A DNA stretch of 64,000 nucleotides. Origin: Arcobacteraceae bacterium (lineage in GTDB: Bacteria; Campylobacterota; Campylobacteria; Campylobacterales; Arcobacteraceae). The notes under the pieces are model-generated. The model saw only the letters and a list, made by a program, of their open reading frames with translations, did not search any database and was not told where the DNA came from. A program made the translations under genes and the position numbers. The stretch's first letter is position 1, and the number at the start of each line of letters is the position of its first letter. The stretch is from NCBI GenBank assembly GCA_965224485.1, contig CBDCZH010000023.1, positions 85,450 through 149,449 on the forward strand, in the 5' to 3' direction. Positions 54,906 to 64,000 of this stretch are shown here, piece by piece.

Positions 54906-55090
54906 TTTCATTATATAAGTTATATTTTTAAGCAAGAAAATAAAAAAACTTTAGGTAGCCGGAGGCCTCCGAAACGTAGTTGTTTTTGCTTACTTTTTGT
55001 CAATACAAAAGTAAGAAAGCGGGAACTGGAAGTTTACAAGAGCAAAAGCCAGTTATTTCAAACTATTTTAATAAATAAACTAATAAATAT

Positions 55091-55483
55091 TTATTTTGAT
55101 AAATCACTCATAATAGTTTGAATTGTCTCAAATAGTAAATCAAGTTTAGAATCACATACAAAGTATATTTCCCCAGCATCAATATCAAAATAATGATGTG
55201 AAATAATATCTCTCATACCTTTAACACCTTTCCAATCAACTTCTGGGTAATTAATCAATAATTCTTTATTAGTAATTTTATCAATATTTTTTAAACTCTC
55301 ACCAATGGCAATTAACTGCATACAAAGACTATCCAGTTTTTCCATACCTTGAGGTGTAGAAGTAAGGTAATCTACACTATTTACTACTTTAAATCTTTCT
55401 TGCGTAACATTAATCGCATTTTCTATTTGAGTTAAGATTTCTAATACTAAAGACTTATCATACATAAATAGCATCTTTTTCAA
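55091..55483 (-). CDS. HEPN/DUF86 (HepT-like) RNase toxin
   Basis: IAIGE, W....GMRDIISHHYF (RxxxxH). Confidence 0.9.
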   Translation of the reverse strand: MKKMLFMYDKSLVLEILTQIENAINVTQERFKVVNSVDYLTSTPQGMEKLDSLCMQLIAIGESLKNIDKITNKELLINYPEVDWKGVKGMRDIISHHYFDIDAGEIYFVCDSKLDLLFETIQTIMSDLSK

Positions 55484-55763
55484 TTCTATTTTTTAAAAAA
55501 GGATTCATTTTATCTCTTATTCTTACAATATCAATTGAAGTAGAAAATAGCTTTTCTAACTCTTCTTTTATATGAACCATAGCAAATAAATCAGCATTTT
55601 TTGTTTTAATACAGATATCTACATCACTTAAAGATGTAGCTTCATTTCTTGCAACAGAACCAAATAAACCTAATTTTTGAATTTCATACTTATCACAATT
55701 CTTATTCATAAATGTTTCTAAAATATTTACGGCTAAGTCTCTTTTCATTAGGTTTACCTCCAT
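55458..55763 (-). CDS. Minimal nucleotidyltransferase (MntA-like) antitoxin
   Basis: LFGSVAR.....SDVDI. Confidence 0.9.
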   Translation of the reverse strand: MEVNLMKRDLAVNILETFMNKNCDKYEIQKLGLFGSVARNEATSLSDVDICIKTKNADLFAMVHIKEELEKLFSTSIDIVRIRDKMNPFLKNRIEKDAIYV

Positions 55764-55825
55764 TTAAATTAAAGTAATTGTATCATAAATATATTTTCTA
55801 ATCAATTTGTAGTATTTAATTTTCT

Positions 55826-56677
55826 TTAAATTATTTCCAAAATAATATCGAATTTTTTTATATACTCTTTATAATAACCTTTTTTAGTATTTTCACGTAA
55901 AAATCTTTGAAGAGCATAATAAAAACAGGCGTATAATAGATATGGTTTTAAAAACTCTTTTGTTATGTTCTTAGCTCTATTTTTATTATATGTTTTTAAA
56001 AACATAGTAAAAAAATCAAAACTAAACTCGTAATTTTTTGAAAAACACCAAGATACAATACATACAGCTAAATCAAAAAATGAATTACCATAACAAGAGT
56101 GGGCAAAATCATATGCTCCACTAAAGGTATTATTTATAAACTTTACATTATCTGGAAATAAATCCCCATGTATTAGACAATCTTCTTTTAAATCTAGGTC
56201 TTTTATAAACTTATATTTTGACAAAAACTCTTCATTTTTAGTGATTTTTTCGTACATTTTATTTAAATGTTTTTTATCATATATATTTTTATTCTTTGCT
56301 TTATATGAGTTTATATTGTGCAAAGAGCTTAAAAAAGCACTTACTTCTTGTATTTGTTTTATATTTATATCTTTTGATATATCACCTGTTATATATGAAT
56401 ATAAAACAGCTGGTTTATTTAAAAGTATTTTAACATCACTTAAAACTCTTGCTACTTTTAATTCTTTTAAAGAATGTAGTATTTTTACCTCTTCTTGTAT
56501 ATCGTTCATACTTGAATTTTCATATAGTTTAAAAATATATTTATTGTTTAAATCACTTAGTATATAGGTGGTATCACTTAGACCGTTTGTAGTTTCTTTA
56601 ATACTATTTATTACAATATTTGTATCTTTTATTAATAAATTAATTTGATTAAGGGATAGTTTTGTTTTTACGCCCAA
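55826..56677 (-). CDS. APH-fold phosphotransferase, type II homoserine kinase-like
   Basis: MGVKT start; HGDLFPDN, YDF and DLA motifs. Confidence 0.75.
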   Translation of the reverse strand: MGVKTKLSLNQINLLIKDTNIVINSIKETTNGLSDTTYILSDLNNKYIFKLYENSSMNDIQEEVKILHSLKELKVARVLSDVKILLNKPAVLYSYITGDISKDINIKQIQEVSAFLSSLHNINSYKAKNKNIYDKKHLNKMYEKITKNEEFLSKYKFIKDLDLKEDCLIHGDLFPDNVKFINNTFSGAYDFAHSCYGNSFFDLAVCIVSWCFSKNYEFSFDFFTMFLKTYNKNRAKNITKEFLKPYLLYACFYYALQRFLRENTKKGYYKEYIKKFDIILEII

Positions 56678-56758
56678 GGAAAACCTTTTTTAAAGTTTTT
56701 ATATTATTTTTATTGTATTATCTTCTTAAAATAAATTAAATTAAAACGAAAAGATATT

Positions 56759-57785
56759 ATGCAAAAAAAGTTTGAACATGGTGGAAACATAGAAGAGTTT
56801 GCAAAAAGCCTAGCTTGCAAAAGCTCTGATATTATTGATCTATCATCTAATATAAATTTTATAAAACCTAAGATAAAAATAGATTTTAATACTTTGAATA
56901 TAAAAGATTATCCTACCTATGAAAACTTGTATGAGAGTATAGCAAAAAACTATAAAGTAAAAACCTCTAATATTGAACTTTTTAATGGTGGCAGTTCTGC
57001 TATTTTTAAACTTTTTTCTTTTTTAAACCTAAAAACACTGTACTATTTATTCTCCTGCTTATTTAGAGTATAGAAAAGCAGCCAAAATACATAAGTACGA
57101 AACAAGTTTTATAAATAGATTCCAAAATATAAAATCAAAAATCAAAAAGAACTCTTTAGTTATTTTTGTAAACCCTTCTACTCCTGATGGAAGATATTAT
57201 AAGCTAAAGAGTTTAATTAAGATGTGGATAAAAAAAGAGGCTACTATTTTAATAGATGAAAGTTTTTTAGACTTTTGTGATAAAGAATCAGCCCTTAAAT
57301 ATCTTAAAACTTATGACAAATTATATATCTTAAAATCAATGACAAAATTTTACAGTTCAGCTGGTATTCGAGTTGGAAGCCTTATATCATCTAGTAAAAA
57401 CATAAAAAAACTTAGAAAATGTGAAGCTAAGTGGAAACTATCTATTTTTGACTCAGTTTATTTACAAGAAGCACTAAGAGATAAAAAATTTAAAAACAAA
57501 GCTAAGAGTAAAAATAATGAAAATAAGATTTTATTGGAAAAACTTCTAAGAAACTATTCTTTTATTAAAAAAATATATAAAAGTGATGCTAATTTCTTTT
57601 TAATAAAACTAGAAAATATATCTGCTTCTTTTTTACAAGAAATATTAAAAAAATATAAAATAATGATAAGAGATTGTAGCAACTTTGATTTTTTAGACTC
57701 TTCTTATGTACGAATTGCTCTTAAAAATAAAAAGAGTATAAAGGTTTTAAAACAAGCTTTAAATGAAGTTCAAAAATGTATCTAA
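56759..57785 (+). CDS. cobD: L-threonine-O-3-phosphate decarboxylase, frameshifted
   Basis: HGGN, DLSSNIN, VNPSTPDG, DESFLDF and SMTKFY..AGIRVG across frames. Confidence 0.85.
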
Positions 57786-58664
57786 GTCTTGCTTTTTTAG
57801 CTTATTTCCTTGATTTTATTTTTGCTGAGTTCTCAAAAAATAAAGTTTTTAACTCATCCTATAGTTTTAATAGGTAATTACATATCTTTTTTTAATAAAA
57901 AATATTATAAAAACTCTGTTCTAAGAGGTTTTTTTCTTACAAGCTCCCTACTTCTTTTAGTATTTATTATAACTTTTATACTCTCTTTTATAGAAAATAT
58001 TTTTATACAAGCTTTTTTATGCTCTTTTGCTATATCTTCTAAAATGTTATATGAAAGCGTAAAAGGCGTTATAAGCTCAAAGAATCCTAAAGAAGCAATA
58101 TCCATGCTAGTTAGCAGAGATACAAGCACTCTTAGTGAAGAAGAGATAAACAAAGCTTGTATTGAAACTTATGCTGAGAATTTAAGTGATGGAGTAATTG
58201 CACCTTTATTTTATATGATTTTTTTTGGTATTGTTGGGGCTTTTTTATATAAAGCTGTTAATACTCTTGATTCTATGGTTGGATATAGAAATGAGAAATA
58301 TGAAAAATATGGAAAAGTTTCTGCCATACTTGATGATATAGTTAATTATATTCCTTCACGAATAACTGCTGTTTTAATAGCCTTATTATTTTTATGTAAA
58401 AAAGCTCTTTTTTCTTTTTATAAATATGGAAAAAAACATGATAGTCCAAATGCTGGTCATCCAATTTCTGCTATGAGTTTAGTTTTAGATGTGAGTTTAG
58501 GAGGCCCTACTTCTTATTTTGGAAAAGTTAAAGAAAAAGCTTATTTTGGAGATATTAAAAATAGTATTAAAAAAAGCCATGTTTTAAAAGCAATATCTTT
58601 AAAACATAGACTTGATTTGTTAGTATTTGTTTTCGCTATTTTATATTTTATATCTAGTATTTAA
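57776..58664 (+). CDS. cbiB: Adenosylcobinamide-phosphate synthase (5' frameshift)
   Basis: VSRDT, AENLSDGVIAP, YKAVNTLDSMVGY and SPNAG motifs. Confidence 0.9.
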
Positions 58665-58681
58665 CACTTTAATTTTTAAGC

Positions 58682-59341
58682 TTATTTAATAAAATCTATA
58701 AATAAGGTCATATACTTATCTACTTCTTCTTTTTTAAAAGAAAGAATCTTTTCATCTTTTAGGTTTAAGTTCTCAAAAGTATACATACTACCTTCTTCTT
58801 TTATACTTGAAGTTTGCATACCAATTTTAGGTCTCATATAAACAGTAGTACAAGGCACTTCTTTATCTAATAAAGGTGTTATTTTAAAGGTTTCATCACC
58901 TTTACATAAGGCTTTTTTAACCTTAGCAGAGGCGTGTGAGAAAGAAGTAACACCTGGAATAACTTCACAGTTGTCATAAATATCTTTATATTGAACTTCA
59001 AACTTTTCTAATAAATAATAAACTGTACTATACACAGCACAATCTCCTAAAGTAACGAAAGCTAAACTCTCATGTGTTTTAAAACTATTAGCAATAATTT
59101 CAACTTGTCTTTGCCAATCTTCATCTAAAAACTTCATAGGAGTATACATAGGAATAATTTCTTTAGTAAAATCAAATTCACTCATAAGATTTTTTATTAT
59201 CTTATAAGTAATTGATTTCTCAAAACTACCTTTGCTTTTAGTAGGTACACAAATAGCATCACAATTTTTCAAAGCTTTTAGGGCTTTTATTGTTATTAAC
59301 TCATAATCCCCAGGGCCTAAGGAAACCATATATAACTTCAT
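58682..59341 (-). CDS. cbiL: Cobalt-factor II / precorrin-2 C20-methyltransferase
   Basis: SLGPGDYELITIKA, TLGD..VYST and IPGVTS motifs. Confidence 0.8.
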   Translation of the reverse strand: MKLYMVSLGPGDYELITIKALKALKNCDAICVPTKSKGSFEKSITYKIIKNLMSEFDFTKEIIPMYTPMKFLDEDWQRQVEIIANSFKTHESLAFVTLGDCAVYSTVYYLLEKFEVQYKDIYDNCEVIPGVTSFSHASAKVKKALCKGDETFKITPLLDKEVPCTTVYMRPKIGMQTSSIKEEGSMYTFENLNLKDEKILSFKKEEVDKYMTLFIDFIK

Positions 59342-59349
59342 TTATATCC

Positions 59350-60195
59350 TTAAAAAGTACTTTGCTTAAAACTTATACCAGACATAATGAATGACTCTTG
59401 TATATTTTTAATTATAATTTCTTTTATTTTATCTAATTGTATTAAATTAAACTCATTGTTTTTTGATAAACTCTTAGTAATATAAGATTCGAAAGTATCG
59501 CTTAAATCATCTTTAATCTCGTGCATATCTTTTAAGTAATGATTTCCACTTACTAAAAGTAAAGGAATGATTTGAACACTTTTTATTCCATCTTTTTTCA
59601 TTTTAGCTTTTAGAGACTCTTTAATGTCATAATAAGGGAATGTTCCTTCTAGGGAACAAGAATAGTTTTTATCATCAAGTACTTTTAAAAACTCACTTGC
59701 ATAAGAAATAGAATCAATTCCCGCAGTATCAAGCCTTGGAGTTCCATGAATGATATATAAGTTTGCATTGTTTTGATCTTTTTTATTTTTACTTACTTGT
59801 GTATTTAAATCTTTAAAAAAGTCTGTTGTATCTTTTGTTTTAGTAATAATTGCATTTGTATAGTTTATATTTGCATATGAGAAAGAGTTAAAACCACTTA
59901 CTATTTTTTTTAAGTATTCATGTTCATCTGTTGGAAAAATATTTATAGAAGATACTATTATATGCTTATATCCTAACATATCAACATCAGCTAAAACTTG
60001 GGGCAAGTTTTTGAACTCTTCGTTTTGTAGATATTTTAAAACCATTCTTGAAGAAAAAGCCAAAAAAACATCACAGTTTGGAAAGTTTTTTTCTATTAAA
60101 ACTTTTAATTCTAGGTATTTTTCTTGTTCAATTACTGAACCAAAACAAGAAAGGACTATTGCCCTTGTCTTGTCGTAATGTCTATATCTTTTCAT
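59350..60195 (-). CDS. cbiK: Sirohydrochlorin cobaltochelatase
   Basis: FGS, AFSSRMV, HGT, EG.P and LLVSGNH..KDM motifs. Confidence 0.8.
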   Translation of the reverse strand: MKRYRHYDKTRAIVLSCFGSVIEQEKYLELKVLIEKNFPNCDVFLAFSSRMVLKYLQNEEFKNLPQVLADVDMLGYKHIIVSSINIFPTDEHEYLKKIVSGFNSFSYANINYTNAIITKTKDTTDFFKDLNTQVSKNKKDQNNANLYIIHGTPRLDTAGIDSISYASEFLKVLDDKNYSCSLEGTFPYYDIKESLKAKMKKDGIKSVQIIPLLLVSGNHYLKDMHEIKDDLSDTFESYITKSLSKNNEFNLIQLDKIKEIIIKNIQESFIMSGISFKQSTF

Positions 60196-60894
60196 TTATG
60201 GAGCTGTATTAGATGTGTTAGCTGTATTATATAACCTTTTTGTAAATACAAAAGAGTTATCTAAAGAAGAAAAAGACTTAGCAGCTGCTAAAACAGCTAT
60301 ATCAATTAGTGGCTCTAAGATTACAACACTCATATAAGCAGCACCAAAAGTAAATACAGAAGATAAATTCTCAACACCAAAACCTTGTCCGTATAATGCC
60401 CAAAATGCAACCCATGTTACTATTCCACCTTGATAAGCAAGTGATAATTTTAAAGTATCTTTATATTTAATATCTTTATATGCAATATTTGCTGGAATAA
60501 TCTTTTTAGCTAGATAAGACATAGCAAATAAAGGCATAAGTAGAGTTGTTACATTAATTCCATATTGAGGTAAATCAAACTGGGCAAAAAGTAAACCTTG
60601 TACTAATAAACCAATAACTAAACCAAAAGCAGCAGCACTAGCACCAAAGATTAGAAATAGAGTTGAACCTAAAATAAGGTGAACCTCAGATACTCCAATT
60701 GCATGATGAGGAAAAACCTCAAAAAATACTAACACTAAAATAGAAGTTATTAAAGTTTTTAACACTAAAGGTAAAAACCCAGACTCTTTTATACTATTTA
60801 TTGCTAACTTACCAGCAATACCAAATGAAACTGCAGCAGTTCCATAACTTAAAATCATTTTAGCACCTTGTACAACACCTGCTTCTATATGCAT
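60196..60894 (-). CDS. cbiM: ECF-type cobalt transporter S component
   Basis: MHIE N-terminus; SEVHLILG and LLVQGLLF motifs. Confidence 0.85.
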   Translation of the reverse strand: MHIEAGVVQGAKMILSYGTAAVSFGIAGKLAINSIKESGFLPLVLKTLITSILVLVFFEVFPHHAIGVSEVHLILGSTLFLIFGASAAAFGLVIGLLVQGLLFAQFDLPQYGINVTTLLMPLFAMSYLAKKIIPANIAYKDIKYKDTLKLSLAYQGGIVTWVAFWALYGQGFGVENLSSVFTFGAAYMSVVILEPLIDIAVLAAAKSFSSLDNSFVFTKRLYNTANTSNTAP

Positions 60895-60960
60895 GTAAAT
60901 TCCTTATATATTTTTATTTTCTAATTTATTTATTTTGTAATTTGTTTGTATAATTTAGTT

Positions 60961-61131
60961 CTAGACTAAGAGTAAAAATATAGGTGGATCTAAGGTATTT
61001 ATCTTACTTTCATAAGATTTTTTATGATAAATCATATTAATTTCTATCTTAGAAAGATTACATATTGTAGAATACATAGCTATAACTGCTAATTTAAAAT
61101 ATGATTTTTTATAACCTCTAAGATTTTTCAT
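60961..61131 (-). CDS. Putative leaderless 56-aa leader peptide upstream of cbiM
   Basis: MKNLRGYKKSYFKLAVIAMYSTICNLSKIEINMIYHKKSYESKINTLDPPIFLLLV; its ATG follows TGATATAAT after a 6-nt gap. Confidence 0.45.
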   Translation of the reverse strand: MKNLRGYKKSYFKLAVIAMYSTICNLSKIEINMIYHKKSYESKINTLDPPIFLLLV

Positions 61132-61137
61132 AGTATG

Positions 61138-61146
61138 ATTATATCA
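61138..61146 (-). promoter_or_regulatory. Extended -10 promoter (TGnTATAAT) for the cbiM operon
   Basis: Perfect TGATATAAT on the minus strand. Confidence 0.6.
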
Positions 61147-61176
61147 AAATTAATCTAAATTATGTAAAGAGTAAAC

Positions 61177-62472
61177 TTGAACGCACTTTGTATCTCAGCT
61201 ATTGCCTCTAATAGCGGTAAAACTATACTAACAACAGCATTGTTGTACCATTTTAAAAAATCAGTTCGTGCTTTTAAAATAGGCCCTGATTATATTGACC
61301 CACAATTCCATGAAATTGTATGCAAAAGAGCTTCTATTAATTTAGATACTTTTATTATGAATGAAAAACAAGTTGTCTATATTTATAAGAAGTATGCAAA
61401 TGAAGATATTTCAATACTTGAAGGAGTAATGGGATTTTATGATGGAAGAGATAAGGGTTGTTCTGCTTATGATGTAAGTAAATTACTTAATATTCCAACT
61501 ATTTTACTTCTTGATGGTTCAGGTTCATATATAACTATAAGTGCTGTTTTAAAAGGTTTAAAAACATATACAGATGATAATACTATAAAAGCAGTAGTTT
61601 TAAACAAACTTTCATCTTCTATGCACTATGAGTTAATTAAAAAACAAATTTTAAGTGACTTTGATGATATTGAAGTATTAGGGTGGATTAAAAAAGACTT
61701 AGTAGTTTTAAAAGAAACGCATTTAGGTCTTGATTTAGCTGATGCAAAAGAAGAAATACTTGAAAATATATCAAAAGAAGTATTAGCACATATTGATTTA
61801 GAAAAACTTAAAAAAGTTTCTTTTTATGAAAATAGTGCAAGAAAAGAAGAAACACAGAAAAAAACAGAAGAAGAAACATACCCGTTCCCCAAAATAAATA
61901 AAGTTAATAAAAAAATATCCATAATAAAAGATGAAAATTTTTCTTTTATTTATCATGATAATATTGAGTTTTTAAAAGAAATGTTTGAAGAAGTTGAGTT
62001 TATAAATGCTTGTAAAGATGAAGAAATAAGCGAAAACTCTGATGTGGTATATATTCCTGGAGGTTATGTTGAAACCACTAAGGCTTATGAAAGAATTAAA
62101 AACTCCAAAAAGTTTAAGAACTCACTTCTACGACATGCTAAAAATAAACACATTTATGCTGAGTGTGCTGGTTTATTATATTTAGGAAATAGTGTTGATG
62201 ATAAAATTATGACAGGTATTTTAAATGTAAACTTTACCCTTAAAGATAAACGAAGTAGATTAGGATATTATTACTGCACAAATAATATAAAAGGTCACTC
62301 TTTTCATTATACACAAGCACTTGAGTTTGAAAATGGCTTTGAGATTTTAAGTAAAAAACCAAGAGGTACAGGCCAAATTGGCTCTTGGAAAAACAATAAA
62401 ATTTATGGAACATATTTACATACTATGTTTAGAAATAATATGAATATTTTAAAGGATTATTTTGGAATTTAA
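61177..62472 (+). CDS. cbiA: Cobyrinate a,c-diamide synthase
   Basis: SNSGKT, FKIGPDYIDP, EGVMG and YAECAG motifs. Confidence 0.93.
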   Translation: MNALCISAIASNSGKTILTTALLYHFKKSVRAFKIGPDYIDPQFHEIVCKRASINLDTFIMNEKQVVYIYKKYANEDISILEGVMGFYDGRDKGCSAYDVSKLLNIPTILLLDGSGSYITISAVLKGLKTYTDDNTIKAVVLNKLSSSMHYELIKKQILSDFDDIEVLGWIKKDLVVLKETHLGLDLADAKEEILENISKEVLAHIDLEKLKKVSFYENSARKEETQKKTEEETYPFPKINKVNKKISIIKDENFSFIYHDNIEFLKEMFEEVEFINACKDEEISENSDVVYIPGGYVETTKAYERIKNSKKFKNSLLRHAKNKHIYAECAGLLYLGNSVDDKIMTGILNVNFTLKDKRSRLGYYYCTNNIKGHSFHYTQALEFENGFEILSKKPRGTGQIGSWKNNKIYGTYLHTMFRNNMNILKDYFGI

Positions 62473-63172
62473 ATTAGAAGAACCACCTATTAATATAGGT
62501 GCAGATATATCAGTAAAATCATTTGAGATGATAGAAGAAGAAATACAAAATTATCCTAAGGTAAAAGATTTCACTCCTGAACAAGTTGATGTAATATCAC
62601 GTTTAATTCATACAAGTACTTGTTTTGAAGAAGTATTAAATAATATATATTTTTCAAATGATGCAATTTTAAAAGTGAAAAACCTTCTTTTAGCTAAGGC
62701 AAAAATAATAGTTGATGTAAATATGATAAAAGTAGGACTTAGTGAGTTTTATTTAAAAACATATGGAAACGAAGTTATTTGTTATATAAATGAACCCTTT
62801 ACTTATGAAGATGCTAAAAAAAATAAAACTACAAGATCTTATGCAGCAGTTGTAAAAGCTATTAAAAAACATAAAGATGAGCCTATGATTTTAGCTTGTG
62901 GAAATGCCCCTACTTTTATATATGCAGCGATTAATACTTTAATAAAGGAAAAAGTTGACTTATCTAAGGTTGCTTTGCTTTTATTTCCAGTTGGTTTTGT
63001 AAATGTAGTTGAATCAAAAGCTTATGGAAGAAAATTTTGTGACCATTTTGATGTTGCTGGTATTATTATGCAAGGAAGATTTGGAAGCTCAACAATGACA
63101 GTTGCAACTTTACACTCTATATTTAAACTAATAAAAGATTATGATGGTACAGAAAAATATAATGGAAAATAA
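62462..63172 (+). CDS. cbiC: Cobalt-precorrin-8 methylmutase
   Basis: RLIH, TTRS, GNAPT and PVGFVNVVESK motifs. Confidence 0.9.
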   Translation: MEFKLEEPPINIGADISVKSFEMIEEEIQNYPKVKDFTPEQVDVISRLIHTSTCFEEVLNNIYFSNDAILKVKNLLLAKAKIIVDVNMIKVGLSEFYLKTYGNEVICYINEPFTYEDAKKNKTTRSYAAVVKAIKKHKDEPMILACGNAPTFIYAAINTLIKEKVDLSKVALLLFPVGFVNVVESKAYGRKFCDHFDVAGIIMQGRFGSSTMTVATLHSIFKLIKDYDGTEKYNGK

Positions 63173-63617
63173 AGTTTTTAACCTTATGGGTAGTGAAGTA
63201 GTTGATGGGTTTGCATGTAAACCTAAGAAACTAGTTCCTGAAAAACCTATAATGCACTTTAAAACACAAATTTTTGTATGCCATGATGAAAGATGTAAAG
63301 GTGCGCATAAAAGTGATACTTTAGCAGCTGATTTAAGAGATATTTTAAAAGAAGTAAACTTAGCAAAAGGTGAAAATAGAATCAAAATATCAAGAACAGG
63401 ATGTTTTGGAGCCTGTAGATTTAGAAGCGTTGCTAATATTTATGAAAATACTAAAGCTAATGGTTATGAAAAGAATAATAATCTTTGGCTTAGAAATATT
63501 CATAAGTTTAAAAAAGAGCAATGGGTTGAACTGTTTAAAAATCTTGCAAATAACAAAGATATAAACGAAACTAATTTTAAGCAAGTTCCAATGAGCGAGC
63601 CTTCTTTATATAAATAA
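63162..63617 (+). CDS. Thioredoxin-like [2Fe-2S] ferredoxin (CbiW-like)
   Basis: IFVC...C and RTGCFGAC motifs. Confidence 0.7.
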   Translation: MENKVFNLMGSEVVDGFACKPKKLVPEKPIMHFKTQIFVCHDERCKGAHKSDTLAADLRDILKEVNLAKGENRIKISRTGCFGACRFRSVANIYENTKANGYEKNNNLWLRNIHKFKKEQWVELFKNLANNKDINETNFKQVPMSEPSLYK

Positions 63618-64000
63618 TGCAAACAGAAAACAGAAAAAAAGTTCCTAAAACACAAACAAGAGTCCTAAGAAGTGGATATACAACAGGAGTACATACTTGT
63701 AGTGCTTTTGCAAAAGCCTTAGAGGCTTTTTTAGTTACAAAAGAAGATGTATTTACAAAAACAAATAAAAGTTGATAATGATGACTTGGATGTAACTAAA
63801 GGTTGTGAAATCATAGTTACTCTAAGTTATAAGAAAGAAAATTTAGAGCTTAATAAAACTTTTCATAACCCACAAGTTTTTGAAAATGAACAAAACTCTT
63901 TAGAGCTTTATTCGGGTTTAGGTGTTGGAGTTGTTACAAAAAAAGGTTTAAAAATAAAACCTGATTTACCAGCAATAAATCCAAAACCATTAGAAACTAT
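63617..64000 (+). CDS. cbiD: Cobalt-precorrin-5B methyltransferase, partial and frameshifted
   Basis: LRSGYTTG, DNDDLDVT and GVGVVTKKGL...PAINP motifs; runs off the window. Confidence 0.85.

Larger units (their letters stand above)
53643..54921 (-). mobile_element. IS110-family element (1279 bp)
   Basis: Boundaries defined by the interruption of the repeat; AGTT at both junctions (53639-53642 and 54918-54921); no terminal IRs. Confidence 0.9.
53443..55090 (-). repeat. Structured repeat, copy B (inverted), interrupted by IS110
   Basis: Both halves match copy A and rejoin at GAGTT|ATATTTTTA. Confidence 0.85.

Noticed and set aside
54721..54918. 65-aa ORF in the IS110 non-coding end
   Set aside because: It is antisense to the predicted bridge RNA and has no protein features.
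60895..61176. Cobalamin riboswitch
   Set aside because: No AGGGAA / GCCACTG / B12-box-like elements are visible on either strand.

Overview
A very AT-rich chromosomal window, most likely from an Arcobacteraceae/Campylobacterota genome (inferred from gene content). Many otherwise intact genes carry single-base slips in homopolymer runs, probably sequencing errors. The core content is moeA, rmuC, ybgC, an ansB-dcuA-aspA-frdCAB respiration block with a two-component system, ugpBAEC, and an anaerobic cobalamin cluster. That cluster is split by an ~11 kb accessory island. Highlights: (1) A Lamassu/ABC-three-component defence operon whose LmuA has no enzymatic effector domain. Instead, its N-terminus shares a KNxVxxxxVxGDV amyloid-like motif with the C-terminus of an upstream membrane protein, suggesting amyloid-coupled signalling. 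The operon sits in an integron-type cassette between an attI-like site and an attC site. (2) An IS110 element whose bridge-RNA guides can be read directly from the sequence; it is inserted in one of two inverted ~330-bp structured repeats. (3) A 4.8-kb integrative rolling-circle element that replaces the 5' end of ybgC. (4) A leaderless DPP-motif uORF upstream of cbiM, and a ThrB-like kinase divergent from cobD. All product calls come from motif recognition only; no database searches were run.
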